Source: Vicugna vicugna
Lineage: Eukaryota
Assembly (NCBI GenBank): GCA_013265495.1
Contig: MU058844.1
Span: forward strand, 5,434,344-5,498,343
Direction of reading: 5' to 3'
Length of the DNA stretch: 64,000 bases
A program made the position numbers and the translations under genes. The notes beneath the pieces were generated by a model. That model was given only the letters and a program-made list of their open reading frames with translations. It was not told the origin of the DNA and did not search any database. This document shows positions 1-13,682 of this stretch, one piece after another; positions within the stretch are counted from its first letter, which is position 1, and each line of letters begins with the position of its first letter.

Positions 1-1024
1 ATATACCATGAAGAAGAATCTGGTGTTTCCTCAATAGATCGTAGTAATATATATGGGTTGGGACTTTTTTCTAAGGTAGATAGCACACAAAATATATTAC
101 CCCTTAACACATCTTAATATTCCATATAATTAGAATGTTAAATGCCACCAACTACACTTTATAAATTACAGCTAATGCACATCTCACCAAAGAGTTGCTC
201 ACCTGCAGAGAAGCCATCATATTTAAAGCCCATTTCCAAGTCTTCTTATGCCCTCAAGGATACGAGGCTAAAGTAATGATACTATTGGAACTGCACATAA
301 TCAGCTCCTATAAAAACATGTAGTCCTGATTCCAGTTATGTTAATTCATTGCAGCAGGACTGTACATTTCAATCACCAGAAGGTTCAGTACCTTTCGGAA
401 GCCCCTTGGCAGCACACAGGCAGGCCCCATGAAAGTATTTAGCAAATCCTTTTGTGAAGCATGAGGGGTTTAAAGCAGTAATAAACCAATTCCTTTACAT
501 TGATAAATTCCTCTTAAGTCAATGAGGGCTTTGAGGGACTGAAGACTGAGGATTTTTCTTCCCCAGTTCACTCTTCAGAAGAATCTCAGATGATGTATAA
601 TAATACAGACATCCATTTTCAACGTCTGGAGCCACTGGAGGGCAAGAGGATCATAATTCACAGTGAAACAACAGTTTAAATCAGAGCCGCCCAATTTCAG
701 TCCCTTAGAAATGCTAGTGGTCCTTTTTCCACAGCATTTTGTATTTAAATGTGTCACTGCTGCATTTCTGTACACTTAATAGAGCATTCGAGACACATTT
801 GTTGTGGTGTTACGGAAAGCAGTACATGCAATGTTTTTGCTTTATCGGTGAAGCTCCTTTTGTAATAAAAAGGTTGATTTTTAAGTCCACAGCAGAGTCT
901 GTAGCATAAAATTCTGCTGAAGCAGAAGTACAATTACATTGGACACCCCCAAAAAATAAACTTGGTAGAAATATAAGCTTAGCCTGAGTATTAACATGCT
1001 TTCTGACATAATTTTGTTGCAGAG
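1..1024 (+). pseudogene. Fossil exon A (3' part of a large exon)
   Basis: Frame from 678 reads KSEPPNFSPLEMLVVLFPQHFVFKCVTAAFLYT**SIRDTFVVVLRKAVHAMFLLYR*SSFCNKK. Ends at consensus donor GAG|gtaagt (1025). Several frameshifts. Confidence 0.55.
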
Positions 1025-1258
1025 GTAAGTGGAGAATTTACTCAATTTTTTTTTCTTTTTCCAAACACAAAGCCATTTATTAGTGGCTAACATACCCAAT
1101 GTTGTCAGAGAAATATATTCTGAGGAGAGCAGCTATTATAAAATATAGAATGCCATGAAAAAGTATATTAAAGTTTATAACTCCAAAAGCATGACTTAAT
1201 TAAGAATTGTAGTCTGCAGCAGTTATGTAGCAAACCTTGACTTTTTTCAATTTTCCAG

Positions 1259-1329
1259 ACTGATGATGCATTGCAGGAGAGAAAGTCTGGCAAGGGTTGT
1301 CCTGCTGACTTTGAAATTCTTACAGCATT
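1259..1329 (+). pseudogene. Fossil exon B
   Basis: Acceptor ttttttcaattttccag; stop-free TDDALQERKSGKGCPADFEILTA (second frame also open); donor gtcagt. Confidence 0.5.
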
Positions 1330-2812
1330 GTCAGTATTTTAAAATATTTTTAATTTCCCAATTTTGAAAAATAGTATAGTGTTAAAATACATGATCCACA
1401 ATATATTAGGTAGAAGTTTTGATGTGTGTAAATTATCAACACCCTTAGATGTATTATAAATCTGTTGCTCTATCATAGGACCTTTTGTTCAGTGTTTTAA
1501 AAGAATCTATAAATAATGACCCTTATATTTAAATGACATCAGATTTCCAGTTAAATATCACTACTTCCTTTAGTCTGGTTCTTGGTCAAGGATAAGCTTA
1601 AAGATATCCAATTTAATTTTATGTTCAAAATACATGTTCTTGGGTGGGTTCACAACGTCTACATGCTTTGCTCTCTTCTAAAGGAAAAGTGATGTATAGC
1701 ATATATATCTGCACCCATATAGCATATGTAAATCTGTATCTGAACACCCACACATATTCTATTGAGATTTTAGATTTTGTCCAATATTGCATAAATCAAT
1801 TTAAAATAATTATCTAAACTCTAAATAAAGTGGTTGAGTTCAAAATATGTCTTATAAACACCCATTACATAAAAGATTTTCTGTTAATAACTAGAAATAA
1901 AATGCTCAATGATGTTTGCCCCTCCCATCAAGACCTTAGAGCTTACTGAGTAAACAGAATCTCTAAATAGATTATTTCAAGAAAGTAAAAAACTAATATA
2001 ATAAAGGTAATTCCTGAGTGTTGGGGACACTCAAAGCAGTCTGCAATATAGTTTTCTCGAGGAAATAACTCTCTTGTTGCCTCTCAAAAGATGCTTAGAT
2101 ATAAATATTAGAAACATGAAGAGCAAGTAGGTATTTAGAAAAGGCCACCTAATAGAAATCAGTTGTTTTTATTGTCATAAAACTGAAAATTGAAAAAGTT
2201 ACATCTGTTAATTTCCTGTAAAAGTATAGCAAGACTTACCATAGAAGGCCCCCCCAAAACCATTGTAATGCATTAAAAAAAAAAAAAGCACTCAGTGAAA
2301 TCAAGGACTACACATTTATGAGTATACGCAGGGGAAAAAAATAACTAAATTTAAGGAATATCTGATGTTTTTACAACTTGTAATTTATTTACCCTTTATC
2401 TAGTAAAATAGTGTTTATTGTTCTTGGTAGCCATATGTATTACGTGGGGACAGTAACTCAACTCAAATTGTAACACGTGAAGATAATCAGTGCATCTTAT
2501 AGTCAATTAAACTCAAGTAGAATTGTATAGGAATCCTAGAAAATACACTCTTAAACGCAGGCACAGAGTTAATTTAAAATTACAGAACTGAGACAGAATT
2601 TAAAATGGCAGAACTGAGAAAAGAGAAAAATCAGTTCCCAATGATCAGTATCATTTAAAACCTTGATAAATTTGCATAAAAACCTAGTTGTCTCTGGATT
2701 TATAAATTTTGTAAAGCAAAAAATTCCCTGGTTCCGTGAGAGAGTGTGGTTTAAGTTTGACTTGGTTTTAATTTTAAAATATCCTACTGATGATACGTGA
2801 AATAATCAAAGA

Positions 2813-3305
2813 AGTATCAGTTAGTTTTTGCTGCACAAAAAACATCCAAAATTTAATACTTGAGAAAAATTTGTTGTTCTTGATGATTCTCTGGGTGACT
2901 GGATAGTTTATCTCTGTTCTCACCTGTGCTGACTTGTGGCCACAAACTCCTGGTGAGGCAGCAAGGACCAGTCTCAGCTGGCACAGTTGGGAAGCCTGGG
3001 TCAGCTGGCATGTTTTTCTACACGTCTCTCATCTTTCATAAAGCTAGTTCATGCTTAATCACACCATTGTCCCAGGGTTGTCAAGAGCAAAAGAGAGCAA
3101 GCCTCAACGAGCAAGTGTTTTGAAAAGATTTGCTTGTGTCACCTTGGCTAAATTCCCACTGACCAAACAAATCTGCATGGTCAAGTCCAGATTTGAGGGG
3201 TAGAGATACACACTTCACCTCTTGATTGCAGAAGTTGCAAAGTCATAGTGCAAAGAGTGTAAATACAGGGATGGAAAAAATATGTAATCATTTTTGCAAT
3301 CTAGT
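2813..3305 (-). mobile_element. MaLR solo LTR, MLT1G/H-like
   Basis: Reverse complement resembles MLT1G/H: tagattgcaaaaatg...actttgcaacttctgcaatcaagaggtg...aaatctggacttgaccatg. Confidence 0.75.
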
Positions 3306-3482
3306 TTAGTGGGTTTTAGGGTAAATAACAGAGTGAAAAAGAGAAAATATTTGCAGAAGGTAGAAGAATGTAGAATATAAAATGGCCAGGGCTGCACAAA
3401 ATGTGTCATTAGATCGACTCACAACATTAAATAGAAATGAGATGCATTTATTGGTATCATATAAGAGTTCCTTTTTTTCAAG

Positions 3483-3577
3483 AGTATTTGTGGTCTGTTT
3501 ATACTACCTTGAGTGACTGATTAGTATTCAGATTGGTTTATAATAGTTGTTGATGGAATTTTGAGATCTCATAGAAA
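3483..3577 (+). pseudogene. Fossil exon C
   Basis: ctttttttcaag acceptor, AAA|gtaagt donor; VFVVCLYYLE*LISIQIGL**LLMEF*DLIE; phase 2 in, 1 out, fits both neighbours. Confidence 0.5.
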
Positions 3578-5009
3578 GTAAGTTTCACAGCCGTGTTTTC
3601 ATATTTATAAGTAGATGTCCAGCATTACCCACCTTCTTCCCATAACTCTTATAATCTGGAATATAGTACATGCCAACGAATCTTTATTGAGTAAATTAGG
3701 TGAATTTTTATTGCAGGTAATATGCAAGAACACCAAAATAGGAATTTATTCAGATAAAACCCCACTTACTCTGATTTTTAACCATAGCCATTTACTATTT
3801 TTCTTGCCAATGCTGCTTGCCAAGGCTAATAGATTTTGGTTGATTTTTGCCCACTCTCATTTTTTTTCTTACTTAGTCATAATCATAATAATCTTGATGG
3901 AATTTTCCCTGTTTTCTCAATTATTTTGCAGGAAAACCCTAGGAAAAATGCTGCAGTCAATCAAAAGAAATACTTTTTTTCCTTTTCAATCTTGCCTCTA
4001 AACTAACCTCATGAGGCTTCAGAAGTTACTGTTATCCATGTAGTAGTTCTAAGTGCAACTGATTGGGTCATAACTGAATATATGTAGAGAAAAACAGGAA
4101 TCCTTTTCTTTTGGGAAATTCTGATAATTGCAGAAGAGTGCCAGCGAGCCTGTTAAGCATAGGTATTATCTATTTTGAGTAGGAAAAAATAACTAGAATC
4201 TCACTGAACAGTATTGTTTTGAACTTTCTAATATGGTTACATTTCACTTTTGAAAATAAGTGTAAAAGGTCGCTGCTATGAAGAAGAGTGAAATGTAGAA
4301 AGTACCTGCCATATAGATTTGGTGTAGGATCATAAAATATTGAATTCTAAAATTTAAAAGCAGATTTATGAGAGAGATACTTCCATGTAATTTCACAGCC
4401 CTGAATACCTTAAAATCTTGCTGAGCTTTTTAAGTTTGCAGATTTAAGGAGGTATAGAGGATGGGAATAGAAATTAGGAATGGAAATAATTACTAAGAGT
4501 TCATTTCATTGCTTGCTGAATATTGTTCATTGTCTGAAAATGCCCTGACACAGGTGACTGATTTTTACCACAGAGAATTTTCTCAATAATAGTTCCATGT
4601 TACATTGAAATAATTTGAACTTCATAATTCCAAAAACATTAATGAGAAAAATATATTTAATGTTGCTTATAATTTTACATTCAGACATTATGTAAGTAAT
4701 ACATGAGTGATCTGAGTAAAATAAAAATTTAGTATTTCAGTTGTAAATAGCCTCTGTATCCCCCATCTCAGGCTAGTACACAGAAGTAAGCACTGCTAAA
4801 GATAGTGTTTGATCCATTAGATTTTTTTCTTTGTATTTTTAAATAATAAATATCTCTACTTGCTATATCATGTATGTAATATATTCTTAAGCTATGACTA
4901 TATGGTCTATTAATATCATGTATTCTATAAATGATTTATGGATATGATTTTGGTGATTATTTACATATATAGGATCATATGTGTATATTATCTTATGACT
5001 TGCATTTTA

Positions 5010-5980
5010 TAAAATATTTATGTTGTGATACAACACACAGGGAATGCAGAAATCACAACTGGTCAGCTTAGTGATTGTATAACCACCACCCAACTCAAGA
5101 TACAGACCATGACTAGCCCATGCGAATTTCCCACCTGTGCTCCCTTCTTTGTAAACCTAATCTCAGATCAGGGTTTCTAACACCACAGGTTAGATTTGCA
5201 TGCACTTTCAATTAAACTGAAAAATTTGGGTCTACTTGCATTCATAGACATCGTATAAATGTGATTAACCTCATTTTGTATGCCATTCATTCATTTCATT
5301 GATGATAAAGGTGTAACATAATCTGTTCATTGTACAACTGATGAACTTTGGGTTGTAAGAATGCTAGTACGAACATTCTCACATATGTTTTGTAGTACAC
5401 ATAGGCTTGCATTTTGCTGGCTGATGTTTGTGAGTAGGGTTACAGCATATGCATATGTCTATCTTTAGTAGATAATGACTAAGAGGTTTCCAAAGCTGTA
5501 GTATCAATTTGAACTTCCTTTAGTAATATAGGAGGTAGGCTAATGTTTTACATTGTTATCAACATTTGATATTGCTATCCTCTTTAACTCTACTCATTCT
5601 GAGCTATATATAATAGTACATAATTCTGGTTTTCATTTTGATTTCCTAATTAGAAATGAGCACTTTCTAATGAGGTTGAGCATTTAAAAATATATTTATT
5701 GGCCATTGGCGTATCCTTTTCTTGAGAATTCCTGTTCAGTCCTTGTACTGCATTATAATAAGGTTATTTATTTATTATTATTGATTTGTGGGAACTTTAT
5801 TGTACTATGAATATAAACCTTTCGTTGGCTGTGAGTGTTGTCTTCCATTTTGAAGGTTATTTTTCCATTCACACATGGTTTCTTTCGATTAACAGACATC
5901 TTAACTGTAATGTAGTTAAAGTAATTGTTCTGTTTGTTGTCATTCTCTAATCCAAGCTTGTAAACATGACTTTTAAAAAA
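5010..5980 (-). mobile_element. Old L1 (L1ME-like) 3' region, antisense
   Basis: Degenerate antisense L1 3' text (aaccaccacccaactcaagatacagacc; tttccaaagctgtagtatcaattt; gaggttgagcattt...tttattggccatt). Confidence 0.7.
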
Positions 5981-6039
5981 TAACCTACAATTTGAATTAT
6001 CATTTACATTTAACATTAAAATTCACATATAATTTATTT

Positions 6040-6745
6040 AATTTTATTACTTTTTAGATAAAATTTATATAACAAAATTACCTTTGAAAGTGTACAATTC
6101 AGTGATTTTTAGTATATTCACAGAGTTGTACAACGATCACATTATCTAATTCCAGAATATTTTTCATCAACCCAAAATGAAATCAGGTATCCATTAGCAG
6201 TCACTCCTAATTTCCTCCTCCTACCAAGCCTCTTACATCACTAAATTACTGCCTGTCTCTGTTGATTTGTCTATTCTGGGCATTTCATATAAATAGAGTC
6301 GTACAGTAATTGGCCTTTTGTATCTGGTTTCTTTCATTTAGTATAATGATTTCAAAGTTCTTCTATGTTGTACTGTCTCCATATGAATTCTTTTTGTGGC
6401 AGTATTACTCCATTGTGTGGGCATACTACATCTTGTTTATTCGTCAATTAATGAACATTGTGCTTTTTACCTTTGGCTATTATGAATAATGTGGCTATAA
6501 ACATTCTTGTGTAAGTTTTGTGTTTAGATATGTATTCAGTTTTCTCAGGAATCTACTTGGGAGTAGAATTGCTGAGTCATCTGATAACATTACACTGAAC
6601 TTTCTGAAGACTGCTAAAGCATTGTTCAAAGCTACTGCATCATTTTACATACCTAGCAGCAATGTATGAAGGTCCTAATTTCTCCATTTCCTCACCAACA
6701 TATTATTTTCTTTCTGATTACAGCCAATCTAGTGGGTGTATTGTA
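6040..6745 (-). mobile_element. L1MB-like 3' end, antisense
   Basis: aaagtgtacaattcagtgatttttagtatattcacagagttgtacaac...tctaattccagaatattttt, typical of the L1MB 3' UTR. Confidence 0.8.
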
Positions 6746-8507
6746 TCCCATAGAGAGAGACAGATGTCTAGATATAGATATACTACACATACATTTAAAA
6801 ACATTAAAAAATGCTCAGTGTTGTGAAACCAACAGTGATGTGACGAGCAGCGTAATCTAAGATGAAAAGGGAAAGAAAGAAAAAAATGAAAACATGAGGT
6901 TGAATATAAAAAGAGTTTGAATGATATCCCTATTGCCAAATTTGTAGTAACTGGCCTAACTAGGTCTCCTGACTCCTTTAAAGTATCCTGCAGCAACACT
7001 ATTAATTTCAACTTAACTTGTAAAATCCCCTCTGTCTTCGGGGAAATGCTAGAGATTGCAACCCTTAATTCACCAACACTCAGAATACTATTTAAAACAT
7101 GCAAAATATTTCCAAAGAAATATGACCATATACAGAACCACTGGCAAATCTTCTTACCCATGTATTATTTAAACTATTAATTTCTCCTTATTTAAATATT
7201 AACACCTCCATTACTAACCAGGGGTATCTTTGAGTTACCAATTCTTTTTTTGTGAGAGTTATACATTTTGCTTTTACCAGACATTTTCTGCTGATTTGCT
7301 GATTACTTGTCTATCTTCCTGACTTTATCATAGCAATTCTATTTCCAGCTAAGCATAGTTGCCTGTAGAGCTTTGTGATTCTTCTTCGTTCCGTTTCTTC
7401 AGTCAGCCAGAGGAAAGCAATCAAAATCAGCGCTGTCATTCTCTCTCCTCATGCATTTCTAGCAGAGATTAATGCTTCACCTTATGAGTCTTGAAACTTG
7501 AGTGTTGTAGGCAGTTTGAGATAACTTTCCATTTATTTTAGACCTTCTAACTCTAATCAGTTTGTTGTGTTTCTATTTAAGCTTTATTCAATCAAAATAC
7601 CTCCAGTGTCTATTTCTATATTTAGTTACCCTGTAGTGGGTTTAACTTGAGAATAAATGGTAAGCAGTGGTTATTAAAACCAGTTCTGCTTACTATGTAT
7701 CCTAAAACTGCTTTTTACAAAGTAGATGCTCAATTAGTATCTTAACAGAACAAATACAATGAATGGTCAAAAATAAAATCTCAAAGTGGAGAAAGTTTAA
7801 TATCTACTTGCCTCTAATTAAACCAAATCACCCATTTTAGTATCATTTTTAAAATTCTGACACTTCTCAGCCACTTGTATCTACTCAGGGACTCCTGTAA
7901 CCACCAAAATCAAACACTTCATCTATATGCTATATACATATTAACTGGCTTAAGAATAATAATCTACCAAAATTTTACCTGACAAGTTAAATATTGACCT
8001 ATAAAATGTGACTTTCATAGGATTTTTCAGTGTAAAACAGAATTATGTAACTTTTTCCACACCTAAAGTGGAGGCAGGTAACATAGAAAAGAGTTGAAAA
8101 GAGTTGGATATATGTCAATCAAAAGTATCTTATACAATGGTTAAAACCTTGGAGAATCATCTGTGAGGAGGGCAGTGAGGTGCTGTAATTGGTGACCACC
8201 TACTAGACTTATGACTATCGTAGGTGGACGAATGGTTTTCTGACAGCAAGGGAGTAAAAGTAATCTTATTAGAAGTTTGGGAAAGAGAGTGGCTTCTAGG
8301 CAGATAAAAAAATAAATTTGTCTACTAAATGTAATTCAGTTATAAAAAGCATGAAATTTCAATAGGTTCATTCCAGATTTCATTCGTATATTTGTAGACA
8401 TTGCCTTAGACAATTAATTGTTCTAGGACCTGGCAAACAAATATAACTAAAATTTGAGCAAAGTCGCAAAGGATATTAAAACACAGAGATGGTCTTTTCT
8501 TTTTCAG

Positions 8508-11404
8508 TTGTATTGCAGAGGAAATTCAAACGCCATTTTGTCTTTACATGATTAGATATGTAATAATTTTCCATGATGTGGCTTCAAGGATACCTATTGT
8601 AATCAACTGGTGCCAGGTGATTTAGATTGAATGAAAGTATTATGAAATGTACTCAAATACATTGACAATATATGAATTCTTAATTCATTAAAATAATTTT
8701 GAATCTGATGGAAGCTCAAGAGACAGTAGAATTGGCTGACAGTTATATAACGATTCAAAGGCTTGAATAACAAAAGAGAAAAAAGGAGATTATTTAGGTT
8801 GGAGTTGCTAGAGACATCTAGTAATTTATTTTTACTTTTTGGACTATGTCAATCAATGCTTCCTGGGTCTAATAGGATTTTAGAAAATCCCAATGTATAT
8901 TTATGACTATTTGGGGAAACCCTCTTACTCATCTCATGCTGTAATAACAGAAATCCCATAGACATACTACCTTAAATAACAGAGAATTATTTCTTATAGT
9001 TCTGGAGGCTGGAAAGTACAAGATCAAGGTGCTAGTCAGTTTGGTTCCTGTTGAGTGTCTTCTTCCTGGCTTGCAGGTGGCTGGCTGCCTTCTTTCCATG
9101 TGCTCACATGGCCTTTCCTCACTGCTAGAGAAAAAGTGCAAGCTTTTGGCATTTCTTCATCTAAGGGCATTAATCCCATCATAAGGATCCCACCTTCATG
9201 ACCTCATCTAATCTTAATTATCTCCTAAAGGCCTCATCTCTAAATGCCATCACACTGGGGGTTAGTGCTTTAACTTACGAATTTCCTTAGGAAAACAACA
9301 TTCAGTCCACAACAGGGACCCTGTGTGTGCTAACATCACTTTGAGGGATATGAACAAGTGTCATGAGTGGTATCAGAAAGCTTTTTTGTAAGGAAGCTGA
9401 TGATCATCAAAGCTCTACAACTGAATTGAATGGGCATTTTCAGGAAGATACTGAGGCCATGAAACAAGAGGCTATCATATTCCTTAAGGGCCCATTGCCA
9501 TTTCCTCCTGATATTTAATTCCTGCCATAGTTTATGCAGCCATTCCCTGCATTTGATTCTTTGTCAAATTCAAAACAAAACGTAGGTGGTTTATAGATAG
9601 AAATAATAAGATGATCAATGAAAAAAGGGACAAAAACCTGTTGAACAAAGAAAGTAACTCTACTTAAAAGGTCAGACTGGATGCTGTGTGTCTGGCTATG
9701 TTTGCTCTGTTCACTGAAACTAATCACCCACAAATGGTACAACTTTTTGGTCACTTAGGAAAAGAAGTAATTGAACACAGAAAGAAGGGATCATCCAAAG
9801 TCCTATAATGCAGAGACAGGAGTTATGAACGTTTTTGTAGTCCTATCAGACCAAGATGTATGTAGACAATGTGGGTGAGATCTGTCTACTTCTAAGGGAG
9901 ATGTGCTAATGATCTACATAGTTTTGGTAGGTTCTGAGTTAATATAACTTATGGGAAAAACATTTATTAGAATTTAAAAATCATTGATCAGATGATTACA
10001 GGAAATAAAATCTGGGTGTCATTTTAACTGGCTTGGGAATCTCAACAAATTATATCAAATATATTTGAAACGTAAGCAGTGGGAAGGAAAAAACTGTCAT
10101 GAAGCAGTTAGGTAGATTCTCTATTTCAGAAATTGAGTTCCGTGATGAGAAAAGCTTTGTAAATCTGGTCTAATTATAACTTCAAATTTCAGGGCTATTT
10201 GGCTAGAATTCACACATTAAGATAATCCTGGTTATTCACTTTAGAAAAGGTTCTCATTATGTTAACAGAAGTGAAATCAAAATTGTATCCTATCCTAGAA
10301 TTGTATGAAATCCTAGAATACCAAGCTAAAAAAAATATGAAAAAGATATGGAGTTTGGAGTTTTGAAAATATAAAAAGAAAATATAGCTTACAGTATAGC
10401 TTCCTCGCAGTTTTAGTAGCCTGAATAAATGTTTCTGTTCAATATTCAATTAGTAGGAATGATCCAGATTGAAGAAGATCAGAGGCTAATGCCCATGGGC
10501 TATCAGCAGCCTATAATTAATAGATGCTACTTTGCAACTCATTTCTTTACAGAACTGGTCTTTTATAATCAGTCAGTGGTTATGACCCCAGAAATATTTT
10601 GAAAAGTGGTCACTGAAACTTGGTCTCTTGTGTATAATCCTCTTTCTGCCTGGTATAGGGATCAAAAAAGAGACTATTTCTGGAAAGGAAATATATTTAA
10701 TAATGACCAAATCTTGGTATAAGCAAATCATTTAAACGTTGAACTTTACTGATAGTGGTATAGTTATAGATGTATTCTAAGACATGATGAATGCTTGTGA
10801 AATATTTTATTAATGTTGACTGTGTAACTGATTTGCATTGATAACTTGAAATGATAAACCCTAGCTTCCCAAAATACAGAAAACAACTGTCCAAGTTACA
10901 CGTGATTGAAGATAAAGTCACAAATCAGCAAATCAATCTACTTGCCAGAAGCAATACATGGTCTTACAAAAAGATGACAAACAAATTATTCAGTTGATTA
11001 AACAGTACGAAATATTCTTTCAGAAAGAATGGAAAACTGTAGTTTATTTACCTCATACTGTTTTTCTCAATCTAATTATCCCATTGGGCATTCCATGGAG
11101 GTGTTAACATGGTAATAAAAAATGTTTGAGATGTTATCAGAGATATTGTCATTATTGTACAGGCTTATAAAGAAAAAAGCCAATGAGTTAATGGGGTAAT
11201 CATAGGAAATTGCTGGCCAAGAGATATATTGGATTTCAGGGAAACATGAGACTTAATCCTAAGTATGAAGGAACCTCAGGGAAAACTACTGCAGTCACCT
11301 GCAGGCTAAACTAGCCTAAAATACCTGTTTAGAGTGGTAAGAGTCCTTGTACAGACAAGTTATGTGCTGGTAAATGTGATGGATGTGAACATTCCTTGAG
11401 AAAG
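8508..11404 (+). pseudogene. Fossil giant exon D (about 2.5 kb after removing the LTR)
   Basis: Acceptor tcttttctttttcag, donor AG|gtatat. 10441-10719 is 93 codons with one stop (IQLVGMIQIEEDQRLMPMGYQQPIINRCYFATHFFTELVFYNQSVVMTPEIF*KVVTETWSLVYNPLSAWYRDQKRDYFWKG). 11082-11404 reads HWAFHGGVNMVIKNV*DVIRDIVIIVQAYKEKSQ*VNGVIIGNCWPRDILDFRET*DLILSMKEPQGKLLQSPAG*TSLKYLFRVVRVLVQTSYVLVNVMDVNIP*E. Confidence 0.72.
8921..9314 (-). mobile_element. MLT1A/MLT1A0 solo LTR inside exon D
   Basis: atttcttatagttctggaggctggaaagtacaagatcaaggtgc...ttcatgacctcatctaatcttaattatctcctaaaggcc...cattcagtccacaaca; degenerate TSD gaaac/gggac. Confidence 0.85.
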
Positions 11405-12027
11405 GTATATTCAAATTATATTATTGTACCTGATGTATAACTGCACGGACTGAGCAGGCTGACATTAGCTGGAATTGCTCTGTGCCCTCTCCTATCTGGG
11501 AGTAGCCACAGGGTTTTAACCCTCTTTTTCCAGTCCACTGGTCAAAAGACTGGGTCTTCACCTTTATGAACTTATAAAATCGACATTTCACTTCTAGGGA
11601 ATGGGAAAAATGGAGAATGACATCATGAGCTGGGAATGTGCCATTGTATTCAACTATGCTGTACAGTCTCCCTGTTCATAAGGATAAATTGTCCTACGTT
11701 TTCCCCTTGTTAAAGACACTAATTTATCTCGCAGTTGGTATCTGTTCATTTTATCATCACCTTTGTGATAACAGTTTAGATATATAAAGAGAGAGAGCCA
11801 GAGACCACTGGCCCAGAAAGCGGGAGACTTTTCGAAAGAAGACTGTAAGGAAATGTGTAAGGCAGCCTAATAGTTGAAGCAACTGAATTCATAAAGCAAT
11901 CAGGCGTATGATACAGAGTAGAAAATTTTACTAGATAACAACAGCACTAGAGTTAGAATTATTGTGAACATGCCTTTGCCAACCAAGATTATAAACTTTT
12001 ACTTGTATTAGTTAATTTAATCCTCAT

Positions 12028-12596
12028 GTGTGAGACATGCTGTAAGGTGAACCCTCAGTGAGTCATACGTTTACATATCTCCTTTGTTTTGTGGTGGGCA
12101 GAACCTGTGACTTGCTGCAAGCCAGTAGCATATGGGGAAAATAACGGGACACTTACTTCTGTGATTATTTTAGCTTGGATAAGAGTCCATCTGTGCAGAC
12201 AGGAATAAGAGATCCTCCAGCTGGCCCTGAAGAAGTAAATTGTCATATTGTCAGAGGGCCTGTGAGAGAGACTAGGCGAGGGCTTCCTGCAGGCAATTGC
12301 AGGAGGCTTCCAGTAGCTGAGAGCAGTTCTGGGATGGAAGTCAGCAAGAAAACCAGGAGAATCTCATTCTCACAAACACAAGGCAGTGAATTCAGCTAAC
12401 AATTGCATGAGGTTTAAAGAGGACATCAATCTCCAGAAAGGAATGCAGCCTGGCCAAAATCGATGGCAGCCTCTGTGAACCTAAGAGTTAATGTCCAGCC
12501 TTCTGACTGACAGAAACTACCAGATAACAAATACATGTTGTTTGAATCTGCTAAATTTTCAGTAATTTATTATGAAACAATAAATGATTAATATAT
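12028..12596 (+). mobile_element. MLT1E-like solo LTR inserted in a MIR
   Basis: ctggccctgaagaagtaaattgtcatattg...tagctgagagcag...cagcaagaaaaccagg...tgctaaattttcagtaatttattatgaaacaata. Confidence 0.8.
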
Positions 12597-12599
12597 TTT

Positions 12600-12725
12600 A
12601 AAAGAATAACAGGAATTCAGTACTATTATTTCTTATTCCATATTATCACTGAAGTATAGAGAGATTAAATAACTTCATCAAGTTTACACAGCTAGTAAGT
12701 GATGGAACTAGGATCTGAACCCACA
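12600..12725 (-). mobile_element. MIR SINE fragment
   Basis: agagagattaaataacttcatcaagtttacacagctagtaagtgatggaactaggatctgaaccca (MIR core). Confidence 0.75.
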
Positions 12726-13212
12726 TAACATCTAGTACAAAGAAAAGTTGAGAATGGATGTCTATAATCTTGACTTTACACATAGAAAACTAGAAAATTC
12801 ACTGTTAACCAAAAATGCCGTTAGGCTACAAATTGGATATGTCCTCTAAATGACTGTGAATCTATTACCTGATTCTCAATACAGCTAGTGGGACTATATC
12901 CTATTTTTTATATCTCGTATATACATACAATAACTCCATTTAATTAGTTTAACCAGAAATACTTTTCTTCCTCTGTTTTTTTTTTTTTCCTTCACCTCAG
13001 TGTGTTAGGAACATCTATGGGAAGGTCCATTTATATTTTGCCTACTACCCATTACAACAGTAAGAAATGCCTTGGATAAAGTGGAGGAATTCACACATTA
13101 TATATGGAATTACAGGACATTTTAGTGATCTGGGAATTTCATTTTACCCCTAAGCTTCTAAGGTATACTCTGAGTATTATGGCTGAACAACACAATATGA
13201 TTTAATTTTCAG

Positions 13213-13237
13213 GTCTAGTTTACCCATGGAGTTTTAG
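13213..13237 (+). pseudogene. Candidate 25-nt fossil microexon E
   Basis: tttaattttcag|GTCTAGTTTACCCATGGAGTTTTAG|gtaaag; converts phase 2 (exon D end) to phase 0 (exon F start). Confidence 0.4.
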
Positions 13238-13435
13238 GTAAAGCTAACATCTTAAGCACAGTAACAGTAAAACCAAATTACTTCAGATTTAAATACCCAT
13301 CTAACACTTTTTGAATGCAACTAAACTGACACATTATTCTATAATCACAAAGCTAAAATCTTGAAAGGGATTTTGCGTTAATTTACTATATCTAATTATA
13401 ATTGAGATTACTGGCAGTTTTATTGCATCCTAAAG

Positions 13436-13682
13436 GGGAAAATTCAGAGTAAATTGCATTACGTTCTTAATAACGAGTATTTGAGAGAATTGTTTTCACA
13501 GTGTCTTGCTATTCACTTCAAACTGTGCCACCGACTTTGAGATTTAGAAGGTGCTGAGAGAATAATATTTAAGTATTCCTACAAGTATAAAAAGGAAAGG
13601 CGGTTCCTGTGGTTAATTTTTAAATCATCTATGATGCTTGAAATGACTGGAAACAAAGAGAGAGCGCATACAGCCTAATTAT
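13436..13682 (+). pseudogene. Fossil exon F
   Basis: 80 codons with one internal TGA: GKIQSKLHYVLNNEYLRELFSQCLAIHFKLCHRL*DLEGAERIIFKYSYKYKKERRFLWLIFKSSMMLEMTGNKERAHTA; several CpGs retained. Confidence 0.65.

Noticed and set aside
3615..4001. 128-aa hydrophobic ORF
   Set aside because: F/L/I richness just reflects T-rich intronic DNA.
6718..7180. Longest ORF-track ORF (147 aa, minus) and an overlapping 87-aa plus ORF
   Set aside because: No recognisable domain, runs into L1 and low-complexity sequence, no convincing splice context; treated as chance.
8508..11404. Endogenous viral element or DNA-transposon ORF as the explanation for the long decayed frame
   Set aside because: No polymerase, capsid or transposase motif seen, and it sits in a chain of spliced exons. 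Not excluded without a database search.
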